Assembly: GCA_035946515.1 (NCBI GenBank)
Contig: DASYZF010000329.1
Location: 1 to 28,352, forward strand
DNA from: Gammaproteobacteria bacterium
Lineage (GTDB): Bacteria > Pseudomonadota > Gammaproteobacteria > Natronospirales > REEB76
Direction of reading: 5' to 3'
Length of the DNA: 28,352 nucleotides
The notes under the pieces are model-generated. The model had not been told where the DNA came from, did not search any database, and saw nothing but the letters and a program-made list of their open reading frames with translations. Below are positions 1 through 6,131 of this stretch, in pieces (the stretch's first letter is position 1; every line of letters starts with the position of its first letter). The translations under genes and the position numbers were made by a program.

Positions 1-133
1 TCGCTTCGCCGCCAAACTTCTTGGCCTGCACCACGGTCAAGGCCGCGGTCAGCGTCGTCTTCCCATGGTCCACGTGACCGATGGTCCCAACGTTCACGTG
101 CGGCTTGGTACGCTCAAATTTTGCCTTGGACAC
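1..133 (-). CDS. tuf: Elongation factor Tu, 5' end only (runs off the window)
   Basis: Reverse strand from GTG at 133 reads [33 protein letters not shown] (EF-Tu N-terminus with P-loop GHVDHGKT). GGAG Shine-Dalgarno at 141-144. Missed by the ORF track. Confidence 0.98.
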   Translation of the reverse strand, partial: MSKAKFERTKPHVNVGTIGHVDHGKTTLTAALTVVQAKKFGGEA

Positions 134-206
134 GGTGATACTCCGTTTATTCCTGTTGTCGTCTCAACTTCAGCCCCGGACCATACATATATATGGTGGG
201 GCGACC

Positions 207-282
207 TGGAGCTCATGACCGGAATCGAACCGGTGACCTCGTCCTTACCAAGGACGTGCTCTACCGACTGAGCTACATGAGC
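207..282 (-). tRNA. tRNA-Thr(GGT)
   Basis: Reverse complement GCTCATGTAGCTCAGTCGGTAGAGCACGTCCTTGGTAAGGACGAGGTCACCGGTTCGATTCCGGTCATGAGCTCCA: full cloverleaf, anticodon GGT, encoded CCA. Confidence 0.97.
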
Positions 283-328
283 ATTAAGCCGTCGGTCTCT
301 CTCTACTCAACCTCAATCAGCCGGCGTC

Positions 329-402
<74 letters not shown>

Positions 403-466
403 GAGGCGTTGAAGTCCCGGCGCGCCGGCCCCTTTCGGTCCCGGTGGTCTCTCGCGCCGCTCTGTC

Positions 467-553
467 TGGTGGAGGGGGAAGGATTCGAACCTTCGTAGGC
501 GTAAAGCCAGCAGATTTACAGTCTGCCCTCGTTGGCCGCTTGAGTACCCCTCC
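467..553 (-). tRNA. tRNA-Tyr(GTA)
   Basis: Reverse complement GGAGGGGTACTCAAGCGGCCAACGAGGGCAGACTGTAAATCTGC...GAAGGTTCGAATCCTTCCCCCTCCACCA; anticodon GTA, long variable arm. Tyr-Gly-Thr-tuf order is the classic tufB-type operon. Confidence 0.97.
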
Positions 554-569
554 ACAGGCGAAGCCGGTA

Positions 570-599
570 ATTTTCCGATAACTCACTGATACGTGTCAA
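570..599 (-). promoter_or_regulatory. sigma70 promoter of the tRNA-tuf operon
   Basis: TTGACA (599-594), 18-nt spacer, GAAAAT (575-570), 16 nt upstream of tRNA-Tyr. Confidence 0.65.
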
Positions 600-715
600 C
601 TTCGGACCCAGGAACGGCGCGGGTTCCAGGGGTGGTCTGAGGTCATCCCCCCCAAGGTCCCGCAATCCCCCTTGGACTAGGTCCAGGGGGTCAAAGCATA
701 GGGCGGGCCAAGTTA

Positions 716-730
716 GGTCAAAAAATGAAC
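716..730. promoter_or_regulatory. Fis-like binding site upstream of the stable-RNA promoter
   Basis: GGTCAAAAAATGAAC matches the 15-bp Fis pattern G-N2-YA-N5-TR-N2-C with an A-rich core. Fis sites upstream of tRNA/tufB promoters are established in E. coli. Confidence 0.5.
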
Positions 731-752
731 AAATCCGGGAGCCCGCCCCCAT

Positions 753-792
753 AAAAGCAACGGCGGAAGGGCTTAAGTCGCCCTTCCGCCGT
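753..792 (-). terminator. Intrinsic terminator of pstS
   Basis: 13-bp perfect stem ACGGCGGAAGGGC (760-772) / GCCCTTCCGCCGT (780-792), followed on the minus strand by TGCTTTT. Confidence 0.8.
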
Positions 793-847
793 CCCTTCAA
801 GGGGTGGCCCGGACCCCCTCACAGGAGGGGTCGGATCCCTCAACCCA

Positions 848-1906
848 TCAATGGAAGTTCTTGTGGCCGCCCGTTATGGAGATGCCGAGCTGCTTGTCCC
901 AATAGGCCTGGATCTGCTTCACCGTGCTCGCGGGCAGCGGCACGTAGTCCAGCTTCTGGGCCGCGTCCTGGCCCTTGGTCAGGAACCAGTTGAAGAACTT
1001 CAGCACGTCCGCGTTCTGGGCCTTCGGGTAGTCCTTGCGCATGAGCATGTAGGTACCGGCGGTGATCGGCCAGCTCTCGGCGCCGGGCTGGTTGGTGAGG
1101 ATCAGGTAGAAGTCCTGCACCTTGCCGAAGTCGGCATTAGCGGAAGCAGCCTGGAAGCTCTTGAGGTCAGGAGAGACCGTCTTGCCATCCAGGTTGACCA
1201 TCTTGGTGTAGGTCATCTTGTTCTGCATCACGTAGGCGTATTCCACATAGCCGATGGCGCCCTTCACCTGGTTCACGAAGTTGGCCACGCCGGCATTACC
1301 TTTGCCACCCAGGCCCGTGGGCCAGGAGACAGAGGTGTCGGAACCGACCTTGGTCTTCCACTCATCGGAGACCTTGGACAGGTAGTTGGTGAAGTTGAAG
1401 GTGGTGCCCGAGCCGTCGGAGCGGTGTACCACGGCGATGGTCATGTCCGGGAAGGTCACGCCCGGGTTGAGGGCCGCGATGGCCTTATCGTTCCAGTTGG
1501 TGATCTTGCCCATATAGATATCGGCCAGCACCTGGCCGGTCAGTACGATCTGGCCGGGTTCGATGCCGGGCAGGTTCACCACCGGGGTGATGCCGATGAT
1601 CACCGCCGGGAATTGGGCCAGGCCCTGCTGGGTGAGGACATCCGGAGTCAGGGGCTTGTCGCTGTTGGCAAAGTTGACGGTCTTGTTCTCGATCTGTTGG
1701 ATGCCACCGCCGGAGCCGATGGCCTGATAGTTCACCGCCACGCCCTGAGTCTTCTGATAGGTATTGGCCCAGTCCGAGAGCACGGGATAGATGGCCGTGC
1801 CGCCGGCGCCGGTGAGCTGCTGGTCAGCCGCGTACACGCTGGCGCTGGCCGCCAAGGTGAGGATACCGGCCGCCAGGGCCGCTTTTTTGATGAAAGTGAG
1901 TGACAT
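848..1906 (-). CDS. pstS: Phosphate ABC transporter substrate-binding protein PstS (stand-alone)
   Basis: Signal peptide; motifs GAGGT, YQAIGSGGG, NSD, HRSDGSGTT, GGKGN, WPI, LDYVPLP; AAGGAG RBS; upstream Pho boxes. Confidence 0.95.
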   Translation of the reverse strand: MSLTFIKKAALAAGILTLAASASVYAADQQLTGAGGTAIYPVLSDWANTYQKTQGVAVNYQAIGSGGGIQQIENKTVNFANSDKPLTPDVLTQQGLAQFPAVIIGITPVVNLPGIEPGQIVLTGQVLADIYMGKITNWNDKAIAALNPGVTFPDMTIAVVHRSDGSGTTFNFTNYLSKVSDEWKTKVGSDTSVSWPTGLGGKGNAGVANFVNQVKGAIGYVEYAYVMQNKMTYTKMVNLDGKTVSPDLKSFQAASANADFGKVQDFYLILTNQPGAESWPITAGTYMLMRKDYPKAQNADVLKFFNWFLTKGQDAAQKLDYVPLPASTVKQIQAYWDKQLGISITGGHKNFH

Positions 1907-1982
1907 GTCGTGACTCCTTGGGAAGTCGGTATGGATATGGTCAAGCCGAGCGCGGATGCGCCTACCCCAACGGGATGGCGCG

Positions 1983-2038
1983 ACTCTAGGGGTCCAGGAT
2001 TACGACTGAATGACCAGAACATGACAATCATATTACAG
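1983..2038 (-). promoter_or_regulatory. PhoB-dependent promoter of pstS (four Pho half-sites)
   Basis: Minus strand CTGTAAT-N4-TTGTCAT-N4-TGGTCAT-N4-TCGTAAT (exact 11-bp period), then 10 nt, then -10 TAGAGT (1988-1983). Confidence 0.88.
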
Positions 2039-2156
2039 ACCGCAAGCTCCTGATTCCAAAAGACTCCGTAACTTCACGGCTCCTTAACTTCCGCGCAAAA
2101 AACGCCTGCGAAAATGCTTTCCGTCCCCAATTGCAGCCCTGAAAGGAACCTTCGTC

Positions 2157-2303
2157 ATGAGCAAGCTGATCCGCACCGCCACCGGCGCCCTGGAACCCCA
2201 CTTCGAACGCCTGAGCTCCGGTCGCTACCGCCGCCGCCTGCGCAGCCGTCGTGCACCCCGACAGACCCCCGGCGGCAACGCCCCCCTCAAAAAAGCCGCT
2301 TAA
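2157..2303 (+). CDS. Small Arg-rich hypothetical protein, 48 aa (not in the ORF track)
   Basis: MSKLIRTATGALEPHFERLSSGRYRRRLRSRRAPRQTPGGNAPLKKAA*. AAGGA RBS at 2143-2147, strongly C/G-ending codons like neighbouring genes, own terminator just downstream. Confidence 0.7.
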   Translation: MSKLIRTATGALEPHFERLSSGRYRRRLRSRRAPRQTPGGNAPLKKAA

Positions 2304-2325
2304 TCCTCCAACGCCCCCCACCACG

Positions 2326-2355
2326 TCCGCGGCAAAGTACCGCGGATTTTCTTTT
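2326..2355 (+). terminator. Intrinsic terminator of the small ORF
   Basis: Stem TCCGCGG/CCGCGGA with 7-nt loop, followed by TTTTCTTTT. Confidence 0.7.
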
Positions 2356-2369
2356 CCGCTTCTATCCAG

Positions 2370-2448
2370 AAAAAGGGCGGGCCCGCCGTATACGGCGGGC
2401 GCCCTGCCATGGATGACGGGGCTGGGAGACACACCAGGGACGGTGCAG
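2370..2448 (-). ncRNA. Candidate structured small RNA, tandem copy B (strand inferred from the terminator)
   Basis: Two hexaloop hairpins, a perfect 20-bp palindrome (2381-2400) and a U5 tract on the minus strand; 38/47 ungapped identity to copy A. Confidence 0.5.
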
Positions 2449-2475
2449 CGCGCCAGATATCGATGCCTGCCACAC

Positions 2476-2557
2476 AAAAAAATGGGTAGGTCGGCCGCAT
2501 GCGGCCGACGCTCCGCCAGGGATGGCGGAGCTGGGAAGCACACCAGGGATGGTTCAC
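2476..2557 (-). ncRNA. Candidate structured small RNA, tandem copy A (strand inferred from the terminator)
   Basis: Two hexaloop hairpins (AUCCCU loops on minus, AGGGAU on plus), a perfect 20-bp palindrome (2490-2509) and a U7 tract on the minus strand. Confidence 0.5.
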
Positions 2558-2577
2558 CTTACCGTCAGCGCGTGGGC

Positions 2578-2608
2578 AAAAAAGAGGGCGGGTCTTGTGG
2601 ACCCGCCC
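2578..2608 (-). terminator. Intrinsic terminator of the porin gene
   Basis: 9-bp stem GGGCGGGTC/GACCCGCCC, followed on the minus strand by TCTTTTTT. Confidence 0.8.
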
Positions 2609-2639
2609 AAACTCTAGGAGGCGTTTACTGCTTGGACGA

Positions 2640-3767
2640 TCAGAACTTGATCTGCGCCCAGATGCCGAACTCCTGGGTCTTCAGGTCATCGCTGGTGTTC
2701 TTGAGCTTCAGGTTGTCCGTCAGCTTGTCGCTCTTGTAGGCCAGGGCCCAGGTGATGTTGGCGTTGCTCTTCCAGGCGAAGCCGGCGTTGTAGTACTTGT
2801 CTTCCTGGCTGGAATCGGTGTCCTTGGTCGGCTTCACGTCGTCGTAGCGGCCGAACACGGAATAGTCGGTACCAGGGAAGTCATAGGAGGCGAACACGGA
2901 GTAGCCATCCGACTTGGTGGTGGTGCCGGTGTTCTGCACGTCGTTCCACTTGTCGGCGCTGAACCACTCGAGGCCCGCGGTCAGGCCGGAGTTCTTCCAG
3001 GCCACGAGCAGGTCGGAACGGCTCACGGTGTTCACGGCGGGTTTGGCTTCGGTGTCGAGGCCGCGCTTACCGGTGTAGGCACCGAGGGCGATGATCAGGC
3101 TACCGTCGAGCGGGGTGAAGGCGACGCGGCCTTCCTCGTCCATGGACTTGCTGCGGCTCGGGTTCTTGTAGCCGCCGCCGTTCACCACGGAGATGGAGTA
3201 GTTGACCATGTCGCTCTTGCCGCTCAGGTTCACGCCCCAGTCAGCCGAGTTGCCGAAGCTGCCGCCGGCGATCGTGCGGTCGATCAGGGTGTTCTCCACG
3301 AAGCGATAGCCGTACACGCTCTCGGCAAACGGGATCCAGGGCATGTCGGACGAGCCGACGCGCATGATCGCCATATCGTCGAACTTGCCCTGCACATAGA
3401 TCTTCTTGACGAAGAGCTGAGTCTCAGGCGTGGTCGTGGTGACGGCGCAGGTCTCGCCCTTCGCTCCGCCGGTCACGGTGCAGCTATCCTTGTAGCTCGC
3501 GAAGTTGAAGTCGGTGGTCAGGTTGGCGGACCACATGTCATCGAAGGTGTGGTTCACGATGAAGTAGCCGCGCTTCACGTCGAGACCGAAGCCGTTCGGG
3601 TCCTTGTCCACGTTGCCCGACGTCTGGTCCTGGGTGGTGCTGATGCTGGTGAGATCGGTGTAGATCAGGCCGCCGATGGTGGTGTCACCGGGGTTATCGG
3701 CATGTGCCAGCGGGGCCGCCAGGGCCGCGCTCACCGCCAGGGAGACCAATAGGTTGATCTTACGCAT
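2640..3767 (-). CDS. Outer-membrane porin, probably phosphate/polyphosphate-selective (OprO/OprP-like role)
   Basis: Signal peptide (AHA-D), amphipathic beta-strand pattern, C-terminal Phe (WAQIKF), AAGGAG RBS, Pho-box promoter and position beside pstS. Substrate is inferred from context. Confidence 0.8.
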   Translation of the reverse strand: MRKINLLVSLAVSAALAAPLAHADNPGDTTIGGLIYTDLTSISTTQDQTSGNVDKDPNGFGLDVKRGYFIVNHTFDDMWSANLTTDFNFASYKDSCTVTGGAKGETCAVTTTTPETQLFVKKIYVQGKFDDMAIMRVGSSDMPWIPFAESVYGYRFVENTLIDRTIAGGSFGNSADWGVNLSGKSDMVNYSISVVNGGGYKNPSRSKSMDEEGRVAFTPLDGSLIIALGAYTGKRGLDTEAKPAVNTVSRSDLLVAWKNSGLTAGLEWFSADKWNDVQNTGTTTKSDGYSVFASYDFPGTDYSVFGRYDDVKPTKDTDSSQEDKYYNAGFAWKSNANITWALAYKSDKLTDNLKLKNTSDDLKTQEFGIWAQIKF

Positions 3768-3839
3768 GTCGAAAATCTCCTTAAAAGTAATGGAATCGAC
3801 GTTCAGAAATCTGCCGACCCAAGAGCCGGATTGCGGGCA

Positions 3840-3895
3840 AGGTTAAGCAGGTCTTATGACGGCTTTGTTACAGAACGGAGAACGTGACATGACAG
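3840..3895 (-). promoter_or_regulatory. PhoB-dependent promoter of the porin
   Basis: Minus strand CTGTAAC-N4-CCGTCAT (3873-3856), 10 nt, -10 TAACCT (3845-3840). A further in-phase CTGTCAT at 3895-3889, 22 bp upstream. Confidence 0.82.
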
Positions 3896-3982
3896 CGAAG
3901 ACGCAACAGTCGAACGCTGCGAATACCCCGAAAACCACGGGGATTTGGCGGATCTGTTGCGGGGATGCAGGCGCCCAGGGGG

Positions 3983-4016
3983 CTGTCATATGCTTGTCAA
4001 ACCCGATGCGTATATA
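3983..4016 (+). promoter_or_regulatory. PhoB-dependent promoter of ppk1
   Basis: CTGTCAT-ATGC-TTGTCAA (3983-4000), 10 nt, TATATA (4011-4016): the same geometry as E. coli phoA. It lies inside the N-terminal extension called by the ORF track. Confidence 0.82.
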
Positions 4017-4024
4017 GACCCCCT

Positions 4025-6079
4025 GTGGATACCGTGGACCTCAAGCAATCCGGGTTATACATAAACCGGGAGTTGAGCCAACTGGCCTTCAACCGCCGGG
4101 TGCTGGAACTCGCCCAAGACGCCTCCGTACCCCTGCTGGAACAGCTGCGCTTCCTATGCATCTCCACCACCAACCTGGATGAGTTCTTCGAGATCCGGGT
4201 GGCGGGCCTGAAGCAGCGCCTGGACATGGCCGCTGCCCCCGTGGGCCTGGACGACCTGCCCGCCTCCGAAGCCCTCCACGCCATCAGCGAAGAGGCCCGG
4301 GACATCGTCCGCCAGCAGTACAAGATGCTGAACGAAGCCTTGCTCCCGACCCTGGACAAGGCTGGCATCCGGGTCCTGAAACGCAGCGAATGGACCGAGA
4401 CCCACGAGCACTGGCTACGCAAGTACTTCGAGGAAGAAGTGCTGCCGGTGTTGAGCCCCATGGGGCTCGACCCCGCCCACCCATTCCCCCGCATCCTCAA
4501 CAAGAGCCTCAATTTCATCGTTTCCCTGGAAGGCAAGGACGCCTTCGGCCGCAACAGCGGTCTCGCGGTGGTGCAGGCCCCTCGCTCCCTGCCCAGGGTG
4601 ATCCAGATTCCCTCAGACAAGGGCTACCAGTTCGTGCTGCTCTCCACCGTCATCCACACCTACGTCGAGGACTTGTTCCCGGGCATGAAGGTGGCGGGTT
4701 GCTACCAGTTCCGGGTGACCCGCAACAGCGACCTGTACGTGGACGAGGAAGATGTGGACGACATGCTGCGTGCGGTGCAGGGCGAGCTCGGCTCGCGCCG
4801 CTACGGCGACGCGGTGCGCCTGGAAGTGGGTGCCGACTGCCCCGAGGAGACCGCGGCCTTCCTGCTCTCGGAGTTCGAGCTCGCGCCCGAGGATCTCTAC
4901 ACCGTGGAAGGCCCAGTGAACTTGAGCCGCCTGGACGCCGTGTACGACATGACAGACCGGCCCGAGCTCAAGTACCCGCCCATCACCCCTGGCATCCCCA
5001 AAGCCTTCGCCGCCGGCAAGGACATCTGTGACGTGCTCAAGGAGCGGGACGTGCTCCTCAACCACCCTTACGAATCCTTCGCGCCGGTACTGGATTTCCT
5101 GCGCCAGGCAGCCGCTGACCCCAAGGTGCTGGCCATCAAGCAGACGCTGTACCGCACCGGCCCCGAGTCCCCCGTGGTGGAGGCGCTGCTGGCCGCCGCC
5201 CACGCCGGCAAGGAAGTGACGGTGGTGATCGAGCTTAGAGCCCGCTTCGACGAGGCGGACAACATCGCGCTCGCCAACCGCCTGCAGGAAGCCGGCGCCC
5301 ACGTGGTGTACGGCATCGTGGGCTACAAGACCCACGCCAAGATGATCCTGGTGGTGCGCCGCGAGGGGCGCCACCTGCGGCGCTACGTGCATCTCGGCAC
5401 GGGCAACTACCACCCGCGCACCGCCCGCTACTACACCGACTACGGCCTGTTCAGCGCCGACCAGGACATCGGCGAGGACGTGAACCGCATCTTCCTGCAG
5501 CTCACGAGTCTCGGGAAGCTGCACAAGCTCTCCAAGCTCAAGCAGTCCCCCTTCACCCTGCACAAGGACGTCATCGAACTCATAGACCGGGAGCGGAAGA
5601 ACGCCCAGGACGGCAAGCCTGCGCGCATCATCGCGAAGTTGAACGCCCTGACGGAGCCCGAGGTAATCCAGGCCCTGTACCGGGCGAGCATGACGGGCGT
5701 GAAGGTGGATCTCATCGTGCGCGGCGTATGCTGCCTGCGCCCCGGCATCCCAGGCGTCTCGGACCACATCAGGGTGCGCTCGGTACTGGGCCGCTTCCTG
5801 GAGCACACCCGGGTCTACTGCTTCCACAACGACGGCAAGCGCGAGCTCTTCTGCGCCAGTGCCGACTGGATGGAGCGCAACTTCTTCCGTCGCGTGGAGG
5901 TGTGCTTCCCCATCCTGCAGAAGAAGCTCCGGGACCGGATGCTGGTGGACCTGAAACGCTATCTCAAGGACAACACCGCCTGGCAGCTGCACTCCGACGG
6001 CCGCTACCGGCGCCACCACGTTAAAGAGAAGAACATCCACAGCGCCCAGCAGGAGACGCTGGCACAGTACACGGAGTGA
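4025..6079 (+). CDS. ppk1: Polyphosphate kinase 1
   Basis: YINRELSQLAFNRRVL, TNLDEFFEIRVAGL, HPFP, HPYESF (phospho-His region), KQTLYRT, ELRARFDE, KTHAK, GRFLEH, SADWM. Start moved from 3965 to GTG 4025 (alternative 4034) because the promoter lies at 3983-4016. Confidence 0.96.
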   Translation: MDTVDLKQSGLYINRELSQLAFNRRVLELAQDASVPLLEQLRFLCISTTNLDEFFEIRVAGLKQRLDMAAAPVGLDDLPASEALHAISEEARDIVRQQYKMLNEALLPTLDKAGIRVLKRSEWTETHEHWLRKYFEEEVLPVLSPMGLDPAHPFPRILNKSLNFIVSLEGKDAFGRNSGLAVVQAPRSLPRVIQIPSDKGYQFVLLSTVIHTYVEDLFPGMKVAGCYQFRVTRNSDLYVDEEDVDDMLRAVQGELGSRRYGDAVRLEVGADCPEETAAFLLSEFELAPEDLYTVEGPVNLSRLDAVYDMTDRPELKYPPITPGIPKAFAAGKDICDVLKERDVLLNHPYESFAPVLDFLRQAAADPKVLAIKQTLYRTGPESPVVEALLAAAHAGKEVTVVIELRARFDEADNIALANRLQEAGAHVVYGIVGYKTHAKMILVVRREGRHLRRYVHLGTGNYHPRTARYYTDYGLFSADQDIGEDVNRIFLQLTSLGKLHKLSKLKQSPFTLHKDVIELIDRERKNAQDGKPARIIAKLNALTEPEVIQALYRASMTGVKVDLIVRGVCCLRPGIPGVSDHIRVRSVLGRFLEHTRVYCFHNDGKRELFCASADWMERNFFRRVEVCFPILQKKLRDRMLVDLKRYLKDNTAWQLHSDGRYRRHHVKEKNIHSAQQETLAQYTE

Positions 6080-6131
6080 GCTAGGTACTGGATACCGGCT
6101 TTCGCCGGGATACGGCATGGGCCGGGCGGTC

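Noticed and set aside
667-690. Palindrome CCCCC-T-TGGAC-TAG-GTCCA-GGGGG upstream of the tRNA promoter
   Set aside because: Single G/C-run-driven palindrome with no second copy or recognisable operator consensus.
554-720. Absence of tRNA-Thr(TGT) upstream of tRNA-Tyr
   Set aside because: A Tyr-Gly-Thr-tuf operon without the first Thr is common outside enterobacteria.
1600-1830. PstS variants GGTAIYP and FANSD as a sign of altered substrate
   Set aside because: Residues equivalent to the phosphate ligands (Thr, Ser of GSG, Asp of SD, RSDGSGT) are all retained.
2066-2091. CC(G/T)TAACTTC repeat resembling the 25012 motif or a Pho half-site
   Set aside because: The 16-bp spacing fits neither the 11-bp Pho period nor the 10-bp period of the TCS repeats; likely chance.
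2381-2556. CRISPR interpretation of the tandem repeats
   Set aside because: Only two units, no unique spacers of constant length, no cas genes, and terminator-like U-tracts.
2028-2739. ORF-track calls 2028-2543, 2114-2416, 2251-2739 and 2300-2557
   Set aside because: No RBS or family signal, and they cross terminators and palindromes. The 2157-2303 frame has much better coding evidence.
3965-4024. N-terminal extension of Ppk1, and similar extensions 19355-19462 (A2M), 9220-9636 (acyltransferase), 10011-10118 (olsB), 10671-10880 (zinc finger)
   Set aside because: They overlap promoters or neighbouring genes; better starts with an RBS or translational coupling lie downstream.
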